Origin: an uncultured Eubacteriales bacterium
GTDB lineage: Bacteria; Bacillota; Clostridia; Oscillospirales; CAG-272
Direction: 5' to 3'
Assembly: GCA_963614875.1 (NCBI GenBank)
Contig: CAVEFC010000002.1
Coordinates: forward strand, 4,042-68,041
Length of the DNA: 64,000 nt
Part shown: positions 38,140 through 45,446 of the stretch, in pieces
How the letters are laid out: each line of letters opens with the position of its first letter
Position numbering within the stretch: the stretch's first letter is position 1
Made by a program: the position numbers and the translations under genes
The notes under the pieces: generated by a model
What the model was told of the DNA's origin: nothing
Database searches by the model: none
Seen by the model: the letters and a program-made list of their open reading frames with translations, nothing else

Positions 38140-38168
38140 TTGACAAGTAAAGACCTTTTTGATATTAT
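38140..38168 (+). promoter_or_regulatory. Sigma-A promoter for the HPr-like gene
   Basis: TTGACA (38140-38145), 17-nt spacer, TATTAT (38163-38168). Confidence 0.6.
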
Positions 38169-38211
38169 ATAAGTATAAAACGATTAAAAAGATATCGAAA
38201 GGAGATTACAA

Positions 38212-38442
38212 ATGAAAACAGTAAAGATCCGTCTTTCTTCAATTGAAGCGGTAAGAGATTTCGTTGAAATAGTCCGTAAATACGATTCCGAGGTTGACCT
38301 TTCAAGCGGAAGATATGTTGTTGACGCAAAGTCGATAATGGGTATATTCAGCCTTGATCTTCTCAGCCCCATTACGCTTACGGCTTATTCGGACGATTGC
38401 GATAAGCTCTTTGAAGAACTTAAAGATTACATTGTTGAATAA
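38212..38442 (+). CDS. HPr-fold protein lacking the phospho-histidine (76 aa)
   Basis: Aligns to HPr across GIHARPA..(here SIEAVRD)...LKSIMGVMSL (here AKSIMGIFSL). The protein contains no His at all. The Ser46-type KSIMG motif is retained. Confidence 0.7.
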   Translation: MKTVKIRLSSIEAVRDFVEIVRKYDSEVDLSSGRYVVDAKSIMGIFSLDLLSPITLTAYSDDCDKLFEELKDYIVE

Positions 38443-38458
38443 TTTCAAAAGAAAAAAC

Positions 38459-38495
38459 AAAAGCGGCACGGAAAATTCCGTGCCGCTTTTGTTTT
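38459..38495. terminator. Bidirectional terminator between the HPr-like and trxB-like genes
   Basis: AGCGGCACGG-AAAATT-CCGTGCCGCT-TTTGTTTT. Confidence 0.85.
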
Positions 38496-38521
38496 GGAGA
38501 ACAGAAGGAGTTTTGTATCTG

Positions 38522-39430
38522 TTATACGGACAAATCTATAAAGCTGCAGGCGGCAAGCGCGGCGACGGAGCCGTCGGCGCACGCCGTTGTAATCTGTCTT
38601 ATTTTTTTTGCGCGGCAGTCGCCCGCGACAAAAACCCCGGGAGTTTTCGTAAGGCAATCCTCGCCGGACGCCATATATCCGCGGCTGTCAAGCTCGCAGA
38701 CGGAGGAAAACGCGTCGTTTGACGGAATAAGTCCTATTGCGACGAACACTCCGTCAACGCGGAGCGTCGATTCCTTTCCGCTTTCGTCCGCTATGACAAC
38801 GGAGGAAAGCTTTCCGTCGCCTTCAAAGCGCTTTGCGGTCGAGCCCGTGATATATTCGACGTTCGGTCTTTCTCCGAGAACGTCGAGCAGTCTTTTTTCT
38901 CCCGTGAAATACGGAAGATTCTGCACAAGCGTTACCTTTCTGCATTTTTCGGAAAGCAGCACGGCTTCCTGAAGCGCGCTGTTTCCGCCGCCTATGACGG
39001 CAACCTCTTTTCCGGAATAGAAATCTCCGTCGCACACGGCGCAAAAGGATATTCCCTCGCCGAGAAATTTTTCTTCGCCCTCGGCGCCGGTCATTCTGTG
39101 CTTTACGCCCGACGCTATTATGACGGCTTTGCAGTCAAAGCTGCCGCTTGTGGTGACGACTTTTTTCGTTTCGACGTGATCTTCTATGCCTATGACCTCC
39201 TCCGGCTCGATGTCCGCGCCGTGAGAGATGACCTGTTCTATGAGCTGTTCTGCAAGCTCGTTTCCGCTGAGCTGCATACAGCCGGGATAGTTTTCTATTT
39301 TCGGCGAATACGTCATCTGACCGCCGAAGCTTGATTTTTCAAGCACGAGAACGGTTTTTCCCGCTCTCAGAGCGTACAGGGCGGCGGTAAGTCCCGCCGG
39401 CCCCGCGCCGATTATTATTATATCGTGCAT
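38522..39430 (-). CDS. trxB: Low-Mr thioredoxin-reductase-like flavoprotein (CAVC redox centre; NADPH HRRxxxR motif absent)
   Basis: IIIIGAGPAGLTAA FAD motif, redox CAVCDG, second dinucleotide motif GGGNSA, and C-terminal GVFVAGDC. Its start codon lies 1 nt after the nrdD stop codon. Confidence 0.8.
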   Translation of the reverse strand: MHDIIIIGAGPAGLTAALYALRAGKTVLVLEKSSFGGQMTYSPKIENYPGCMQLSGNELAEQLIEQVISHGADIEPEEVIGIEDHVETKKVVTTSGSFDCKAVIIASGVKHRMTGAEGEEKFLGEGISFCAVCDGDFYSGKEVAVIGGGNSALQEAVLLSEKCRKVTLVQNLPYFTGEKRLLDVLGERPNVEYITGSTAKRFEGDGKLSSVVIADESGKESTLRVDGVFVAIGLIPSNDAFSSVCELDSRGYMASGEDCLTKTPGVFVAGDCRAKKIRQITTACADGSVAALAACSFIDLSV

Positions 39431-39431
39431 A

Positions 39432-41798
39432 TTAAAGCGATTCTATATATTTTCTTATTTCCGATACGCCCTTGAAGCGCTTTACTTCATCGCCGTCCGG
39501 CACAACGAGCGTGGGCGCCGTCACGATGTCGTAAGCCTTTGCCATATCTTCGTTTTCGTTTGCGTAAATGTTTTCGTAGGCGATGCCCGCTTTTTCAAGA
39601 AGCGCCTTTGCTATTTTGCAGTTGGGGCAGGTTTTCGTCGTGAAAAGCAGATTTGCCGCCGCCTTGGAATGACAATCGCAGCTGTGCTCGGTTTCCTTAT
39701 GTTCAAGCACGCCCGAATGCGTAAGGTGCGACTTTTCTATAACGTACTCTTTGCGTTCCGCAAATTCCTGAGCCTTGCCGTCGTTGAAGTTCTGAATGGG
39801 ACGGTAGTAGCCGGTTATACGGCTGTAAACCTCCGTTTTCTTTTTGCATATGGGACACTCGTAAACCTCGCCCGCGATATAGCCGTGCTCCGTGCAGACG
39901 GAATATGTGGGTGAAAGCGTATAATAGGGAAGTCTGTAATTTTCGGATATCTTGCGGACAAGAGAAGCCGCCGACTTCCAGTCCGGAAGCTTTTCGCCGA
40001 GGAAGGCGTGGAATACCGTTCCCGATGTGTAGAGAGTCTGAAGCTCATCCTGAATGTCGAGCGCGGTGAAGATATCCTCCGTGTAGCCGACGGGAAGATG
40101 AGAGCTGTTCGTATAATACGGAGCCTCCTCAGTTCCGGCGGTTATGATATCGGGATAACGGCGTTTGTCGTGCTTTGCAAGACGGTAAGCCGTGGATTCC
40201 GCGGGCGTCGCTTCGAGATTGTAAAGATCGCCGTACTGCTCCTGATAGTCGGAAAGACGGTTGCGCATATGATTCAGGCACTCCTTTGCGAATTCCTGAG
40301 TTTCTTTGTGCGTTATGTCCTTTCTGAGCCACTTTGCGTTGAGTCCGGCTTCGTTCATACCGACAAGACCGATTGTGGAGAAGTGGTTTGCGAACGTTCC
40401 GAGATAACGCTTTGTATAAGGATAAAGTCCCTCGTCGAGAAGCTTCGTTATAACCTTTCTCTTTACGCTGAGCGAGCGTGCCGCAACGTCCATTATGTGA
40501 TCAAGACGCTTGTAGAAATCCTCTTTGTCCTTTGCAAGATATGCAAGACGGGGAAGATTTATCGTTACGACGCCGACCGAGCCCGTCGATTCGCCGCTTC
40601 CGAAAAAGCCGCCCGATTTTTTGCGCAGCTCACGGAGGTCAAGACGCAGACGGCAGCACATCGAACGCACGTCGCTCGGCTCCATATCGGAGTTGACGTA
40701 GTTTGAAAAATACGGAGTGCCGTATTTTGCCGTCATTTCAAAGAGAAGCTTGTTGTTTTCGGTTTCCGACCAGTCGAAATCGCGCGTGATCGAATATGTG
40801 GGAATGGGATACTGGAAGCCTCTGCCGTTGGCGTCGCCCTCTATCATTATTTCGATGAAGGCGCGGTTTATCATATCCATTTCTTTTTTGCAGTCTTTAT
40901 AGCGGAAGGGCATTTCCTTTCCGCCGACGATACAGTTCATTTCGGCAAGATCGGCGGGAACCGTCCAGTCGAGAGTTATGTTCGAGAACGGAGCCTGAGT
41001 GCCCCATCTTGACGGGGTGTTGACGCCGTAAATGAAGGATTCTATGCACTTTTTGACCGCGTCAAAGCTGAGATCGTCAACCTTTACGAACGGCGCAAGG
41101 TATGTGTCGAAGGAGGAGAAAGCCTGCGCGCCCGCCCATTCGTTCTGCATTATGCCGAGGAAGTTTACCATCTGGTTGCAGAGCGTTGCGAGGTGGCTTG
41201 CGGGGGACGACGTTATTTTTCCGGCAACGCCGCCGAGACCCTCCTGAATAAGCTGTTTGAGCGACCAGCCTGCGCAGTAGCCGGTGAGCATCGAAAGATC
41301 GTGCAGATGAATGTCGCCGCTTCTGTGCGCGTTTGCGATTTCTTCATCGTATATTTCGGAAAGCCAATAGTTTGCGGTGATCGCGCCGGAGTTTGAAAGA
41401 ATAAGTCCGCCGACGGAATACGTTACGGTGGAATTTTCCTTTACGCGCCAGTCTATCGCCTTTACATAGCTGTTCACAAGCTCCTTGTAGTCAAGGATTG
41501 TGGACTTCATATTGCGTATTTTTTCTCTCTGCTTACGATAAAGAATGTACGTTTTCGCAACGTCGTCATAGCCCGCCTGAATAAGCACGGACTCGACGCT
41601 GTCCTGAATGTCTTCAACGGAGATGAGTCCGTCCTTTACCTTATGCTCGAAGTTTGAGGTTACCTTGAGCGCAAGAAAATCTATCACCGACGGGTGATAC
41701 TGTTTGCCTATGGCTTCAAAAGCCTTTGTTATTGCAACGGATATTTTGGATATGTCGAAATCCGCAATCTGTCCGTCTCTTTTAACTACCTGATACAT
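39432..41798 (-). CDS. nrdD: Anaerobic (class III) ribonucleoside-triphosphate reductase with an N-terminal ATP-cone and a C-terminal fused glutaredoxin/NrdH-like CPNC domain
   Basis: ATP-cone MYQVVKRDGQIADFD, a Zn-ribbon C..C....CPIC, glycyl-radical motif SRITGYYRP, and an extra 75 aa or so (LLFTTKTCPNCKIAKALLEKAGIAYENI...APTLVV...). The ATG at 41798 follows AGGAGG. The track start at 41894 is rejected. Confidence 0.9.
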   Translation of the reverse strand: MYQVVKRDGQIADFDISKISVAITKAFEAIGKQYHPSVIDFLALKVTSNFEHKVKDGLISVEDIQDSVESVLIQAGYDDVAKTYILYRKQREKIRNMKSTILDYKELVNSYVKAIDWRVKENSTVTYSVGGLILSNSGAITANYWLSEIYDEEIANAHRSGDIHLHDLSMLTGYCAGWSLKQLIQEGLGGVAGKITSSPASHLATLCNQMVNFLGIMQNEWAGAQAFSSFDTYLAPFVKVDDLSFDAVKKCIESFIYGVNTPSRWGTQAPFSNITLDWTVPADLAEMNCIVGGKEMPFRYKDCKKEMDMINRAFIEIMIEGDANGRGFQYPIPTYSITRDFDWSETENNKLLFEMTAKYGTPYFSNYVNSDMEPSDVRSMCCRLRLDLRELRKKSGGFFGSGESTGSVGVVTINLPRLAYLAKDKEDFYKRLDHIMDVAARSLSVKRKVITKLLDEGLYPYTKRYLGTFANHFSTIGLVGMNEAGLNAKWLRKDITHKETQEFAKECLNHMRNRLSDYQEQYGDLYNLEATPAESTAYRLAKHDKRRYPDIITAGTEEAPYYTNSSHLPVGYTEDIFTALDIQDELQTLYTSGTVFHAFLGEKLPDWKSAASLVRKISENYRLPYYTLSPTYSVCTEHGYIAGEVYECPICKKKTEVYSRITGYYRPIQNFNDGKAQEFAERKEYVIEKSHLTHSGVLEHKETEHSCDCHSKAAANLLFTTKTCPNCKIAKALLEKAGIAYENIYANENEDMAKAYDIVTAPTLVVPDGDEVKRFKGVSEIRKYIESL

Positions 41799-41921
41799 AA
41801 TAAAAAAACCTCCTGTTGACAATCGGAAGCCTCCGGCGCTGTATGCGGGAGGCGAAGCCGTAGTTGCTTTATCGCAGTGATATAATCTTACCACTTTGAA
41901 AAAGCGTTGTCAAGGGAGATT

Positions 41922-41937
41922 ACACAATATGTTGTGT
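41922..41937. promoter_or_regulatory. NrdR box (perfect 16-bp palindrome) upstream of nrdD
   Basis: ACACAATATGTTGTGT matches the NrdR consensus acaCwAtATaTwGtgt. It lies just upstream of a TTGACA-N17-TAAGAT promoter on the minus strand. Confidence 0.7.
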
Positions 41938-41963
41938 TTTTGCGTCAATTTATTGAAAAATCG

Positions 41964-41979
41964 GAACAATATATAGATT
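41964..41979. promoter_or_regulatory. Second, degenerate NrdR-like box
   Basis: GAACAATATATAGATT. The centre is 42 bp (four helical turns) from box 1. It overlaps the nrdG stop codon. Confidence 0.45.
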
Positions 41980-42670
41980 ACAGTCCCCGAAGTTGTGCAT
42001 TTGGCACAAAACGTCGTGCGGCGTCGAGAAAGCGCAGATATTCTTCTCTTTGAAAGCCTTCAAGCCCTTCGCCGATAAGCTCGCCCGAGTCCTTGAACGC
42101 CTGAAGATACCAGCGCTCAGCGCCCGTTATCCACTTGCCTGTCGTTTCGATATCCGAGAGCGTGTGAAAACCTTTTACAAGCGTTGTGCGGAACTCATAT
42201 CCGATATTTCCGTGCATAAGAAGATGTATGCTTTCCTGTATTTTTCCGAGCGGAGCAGACGGGAGTCCGACGGTTTTTGCATACTTGTGAGGACTGTTTT
42301 TTATATCCATTGCGACATAATCGACAAGACCGTTTTCCATAAGGCGCGACAGCCTTTCGGGAAACGCGCCGTTTGTATCGAGCTTTACGGCAAAGCCGAG
42401 CGCTTTTATTTTCTTTATGAGCGCTTCGGCATCGTCCGATATAAGCGGCTCTCCGCCCGTTACGGCGACGCCGTCAAGGCGGCCGACGCGGCTTTCGAGA
42501 AACGCGAGAAATTTTTCCTCTGATATGTTCTCGCCTCCGTCCGCGCCGAGAACGATAGAAGCGTTGTGGCAGAACGGACAGCGGAAATTACATCCGCCGA
42601 GAAAAACCGTGCAGGCGGTTTTCCCGGGAAAATCAAGGAGAGTCAGCTTCTGAAGTCCGGATATTTTCAT
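41978..42670 (-). CDS. nrdG: Anaerobic ribonucleotide reductase activating protein (radical SAM)
   Basis: MKISGLQKLTLLDFPGKTACTVFLGGCNFRCPFCHN...GVAVTGGEPL. Confidence 0.9.
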   Translation of the reverse strand: MKISGLQKLTLLDFPGKTACTVFLGGCNFRCPFCHNASIVLGADGGENISEEKFLAFLESRVGRLDGVAVTGGEPLISDDAEALIKKIKALGFAVKLDTNGAFPERLSRLMENGLVDYVAMDIKNSPHKYAKTVGLPSAPLGKIQESIHLLMHGNIGYEFRTTLVKGFHTLSDIETTGKWITGAERWYLQAFKDSGELIGEGLEGFQREEYLRFLDAARRFVPNAQLRGL

Positions 42671-42838
42671 ATAAGATGCCCTCCCTTTGCGTGTTTACAG
42701 TCAATTATGTTATCACAGATCGGCTGCCATTTCAATAGTCGGGAAAAAATTTAATAATTTAATTTCATTTTATCTATTTATTTTTGCGAGGGAGTGTGAT
42801 ATTATATATAATGTAAAGATTTCTTCGGAGGAATTTCA

Positions 42839-43942
42839 ATGGATAACGACAACAGATTTACGGAAACGGACGGGGCGGCAGAGCAGCGCCGCGAGCCGAT
42901 AATCGTAAAGCCGCCGCTGAGCTTCGGCAGTCTTTACGGCAGAATGACGTGGCTGTTTTCTTCGATTGCGGTTATGATGATAGTCGTGAACGTTTTTGCG
43001 ATGTTTGCAATGAGCGCGGTACACTATTATTTTCCGGAGCTTGAACAGGCAAACTGGTACGACACCGTGCTGAGCTCCGTTGCGTTTTATTTTGTCGGCG
43101 TACCGGTAGCGGCGATAATGCTGCTCTTTTCGCGGCAGGATCCCGCGGCGGAACAGCCTGAAATGAAAACAAAGCTGACGGGCGGCGGGTGGATGAAATA
43201 TCTGTGTATGACGTTTGCCGCAATGTACGTCGGAAACTGGATAGGAAATATAGTCACGGGCGTTCTCGGTTTTGTTGTCGGACATTCGATAACGAATCCG
43301 GTCGAAAGCGCGCTTGACGGCGCTTCGTGGATAGTTTCCACGGTGGCGATGGTGATAATCGCGCCGATATTCGAGGAGCTGCTTTTCAGAAAGCTGCTTA
43401 TAGACAGGCTGCAGCCCTACGGCGAAAAAACGGCGATAGCGGCGTCGGCTCTCGCGTTCGGACTTGTTCACGGAAACTTTTCGCAGTTTTTCTATGCGTT
43501 CGGCATAGGACTGATTTTCGGATATGTCTATTGCAGAACCAAAAACGTATGGTACACGATATCCTTTCATATGATAATAAACGGCGTATGCGGAATACTT
43601 ACCGGATATATTTCGGGCAAGATAGATTCCGAAGGACTTGAATCGCTGCTTGAATCGATAGGCGGACAGCTTTCAAACGAGGAAGCGATGAAGCTTTTGT
43701 CGGAGATGGGAAAATATATCGCTCCGATGCTTGCGCTCGGTATCATATCGATTGCGGTGCTTGCGCTGGCGATAGCGGGCATAGTGTTCTTTGCGAAAGG
43801 CGTAAAAAACGTTTATCTTGCCGATTGCAGCTACGATATATCGGCGGAAAAAGTAAGAACCGCGGCGTATGCCAATGCGGGAATTATAATTCTTTATGTG
43901 ATAATGGCGCTGACCTTTATGGTTTCGGTTGTAAGCTATTAA
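42839..43942 (+). CDS. CPBP-family intramembrane glutamic endopeptidase (CAAX protease/Abi-like)
   Basis: Motif 1 APIFEELLFRKLL, motif 2 FGLVHGN, motif 3 ISFHMIINGV. Extra TM segments occur at both ends. Confidence 0.8.
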   Translation: MDNDNRFTETDGAAEQRREPIIVKPPLSFGSLYGRMTWLFSSIAVMMIVVNVFAMFAMSAVHYYFPELEQANWYDTVLSSVAFYFVGVPVAAIMLLFSRQDPAAEQPEMKTKLTGGGWMKYLCMTFAAMYVGNWIGNIVTGVLGFVVGHSITNPVESALDGASWIVSTVAMVIIAPIFEELLFRKLLIDRLQPYGEKTAIAASALAFGLVHGNFSQFFYAFGIGLIFGYVYCRTKNVWYTISFHMIINGVCGILTGYISGKIDSEGLESLLESIGGQLSNEEAMKLLSEMGKYIAPMLALGIISIAVLALAIAGIVFFAKGVKNVYLADCSYDISAEKVRTAAYANAGIIILYVIMALTFMVSVVSY

Positions 43943-43979
43943 ATTTACAAATACAAAATATCTAAGGAGGATACTTTTT

Positions 43980-44378
43980 ATGAAAAAAGGTTTCGGATTG
44001 CTTGTTGCGGCGGCGCTTCTTACGCCCTATGCCGCAGAAAAAAACGAGGAAACGGGCGAGTATGAAATCCGTTCGCTTCTTCTGAAGGTCAAGACGAAAA
44101 ACACGGTTGACGAGGACGGAGCAAAGCATTTTGATTACAAGCTGAGCCTTGCCGGACTTCCCACAAAGGAAGACGTTGAAACGATACGTCAGAACATTGC
44201 GGGCGGAATAGCAAAGGCTTCCGCGGGAATTTCAAAATGCGCGAAAAGAGTTTCCGACGCTTTCAAGGATTCGTGCTTTGCGGGCGGCTGTGACGAAGGC
44301 GATGAAAACCTCGGTTCGGAAGAGGATTTCAAAAACATCTTCGACGACGAGCCTGAAGCGGACAGCGAAGCGCTCTGA
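43980..44378 (+). CDS. Hypothetical protein with an N-terminal hydrophobic segment and an acidic tail (132 aa)
   Basis: RBS AAGGAGG. Starts MKKGFGLLVAAALLTPYAA and ends with a C-terminus rich in D and E. No family recognised. Confidence 0.5.
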   Translation: MKKGFGLLVAAALLTPYAAEKNEETGEYEIRSLLLKVKTKNTVDEDGAKHFDYKLSLAGLPTKEDVETIRQNIAGGIAKASAGISKCAKRVSDAFKDSCFAGGCDEGDENLGSEEDFKNIFDDEPEADSEAL

Positions 44379-44391
44379 TTGAAAAAGCCGC

Positions 44392-44430
44392 ACTGCGCAG
44401 CTTTCCGGAAGGGAAGCTGCGCAGTTTTAT
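44392..44430 (+). terminator. Rho-independent terminator
   Basis: ACTGCGCAGCTT-TCCGGAAGGG-AAGCTGCGCAGT-TTTAT. Confidence 0.85.
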
Positions 44431-44472
44431 CCGGCTTTCACTGCGAAAAATCGACAAAATCGAAAAACATAC

Positions 44473-44501
44473 TTGACAAAACGCCCGTAAGGTGATATAC
44501 T
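44473..44501 (+). promoter_or_regulatory. Sigma-A promoter of the infC-rpmI-rplT operon
   Basis: TTGACA (44473-44478), 17-nt spacer, TATACT (44496-44501). Confidence 0.7.
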
Positions 44502-44507
44502 GTCTTG

Positions 44508-44655
44508 GCAAAACAAAGAAAAGCGTTCTCCGCTTTCACCAGGCCGCGCCGCGAGCTTTGGTCAATAACATTCGTTTTTCCTTATGTCATAAGGAAAATT
44601 TTCGGTGCGGAGAAGCTCTTTGGCTTTCCGCAATTTTTATTTTTGGAGGTGTGCT
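44508..44655 (+). promoter_or_regulatory. Structured 5' leader of infC (candidate L20-responsive attenuator)
   Basis: A leader of about 150 nt ends in the hairpin GCGGAGAAGC..GCTTTCCGC followed by AATTTTTATTTTT, directly before the infC RBS. The layout matches the Firmicute L20 leader, but I did not check the fold. Confidence 0.45.
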
Positions 44656-44658
44656 ACT

Positions 44659-45177
44659 ATCAGCACTAAAGATTATCTTTTCAACGAGGATATAAGAGTT
44701 CCTCAGGTGCGTCTTATCGGCGAAAACGGCGAACAGCTCGGTATTGTCGATACGGACAAGGCGCTTAAAGCCGCCTATGACAGCGGCAGCGACCTTGTTA
44801 TGATAGCAGACAAGGCGGAACCGCCCGTATGTCGCATAATGGATTACGGAAAATTCCGTTTTGAACGCGAAAAACGCGAAAAAGAAGCAAGAAAAAAACA
44901 GCAGGTCGTTGAAGTAAAGGAAATTCAGCTCTCCTGCAACATAGGCGATCACGACTTTGAAACAAAGCTCGGTCATGCGCTCCGCTTCCTCAAGGAAGGG
45001 AACAAGGTGCGCGCGGTTGTAAAATTCAACGGAAGAAGAGAGCTTCTTCATCCCGAGCTCGGCACCGCAATGATGGACAGATTCGTTGCCGCGTGCTCCG
45101 AATACGGAAGCACGGACAAAAAAGCCGTGCTTGAAGGACGCAAGCTTTCGCTTGTTATATCGCCGATAAAGAAGTAA
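44659..45177 (+). CDS. infC: Translation initiation factor IF-3, probable non-AUG (AUC) start
   Basis: ISTKDYLFNEDIRVPQVRLIGENGEQLGIV... aligns residue for residue with the B. subtilis IF-3 N-terminus (MSKDFIINEQIRAREVRLIDQNGDQLGIK). GGAGG lies 9 nt upstream of ATC at 44659. Confidence 0.85.
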   Translation: MSTKDYLFNEDIRVPQVRLIGENGEQLGIVDTDKALKAAYDSGSDLVMIADKAEPPVCRIMDYGKFRFEREKREKEARKKQQVVEVKEIQLSCNIGDHDFETKLGHALRFLKEGNKVRAVVKFNGRRELLHPELGTAMMDRFVAACSEYGSTDKKAVLEGRKLSLVISPIKK

Positions 45178-45225
45178 CCAAATGCGGCTCTGCCGCAAAG
45201 TCATATCGAAAGGAAAAGAATCACT

Positions 45226-45420
45226 ATGCCTAAGATCAAAACACACAGCGCGACAGCGAAAAGATTTTCCGTTACAAAAAGCGGAAGAGTAAAGATGAAC
45301 AGCTCAAACCGTCGTCACAAGCTCGGACTCAAGACGCCCAAGCGCAAAAGACAGCTCAGACGCAACACTTACCTCAGCCCCTCTTTCGAGGCAACGGTAA
45401 AGACACTCATTCAGAAATAA
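45226..45420 (+). CDS. rpmI: 50S ribosomal protein L35
   Basis: [31 protein letters not shown]. Confidence 0.95.
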   Translation: MPKIKTHSATAKRFSVTKSGRVKMNSSNRRHKLGLKTPKRKRQLRRNTYLSPSFEATVKTLIQK

Positions 45421-45446
45421 TCGAATCGAAATAGGAGGAAGCAAAG

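Noticed and set aside
41799-41894. N-terminal 32-aa extension of nrdD in the ORF track
   Set aside because: The extension lies in the 5' UTR and has no RBS. The ATP-cone begins at MYQVVKRDG, which is preceded by AGGAGG.
42671-42838. Replication origin at the divergent strand-switch point
   Set aside because: Only one imperfect DnaA-box-like sequence (TTATCACAG) is present. There is no dnaA, dnaN or cluster of boxes. The region is adequately explained as a divergent promoter region for nrdG and the CPBP gene.
44605-44658. GTG start for infC giving an 18-aa N-terminal extension
   Set aside because: The extension overlaps the leader terminator hairpin. Homology to IF-3 starts at the ATC codon, which has a correctly spaced GGAGG.
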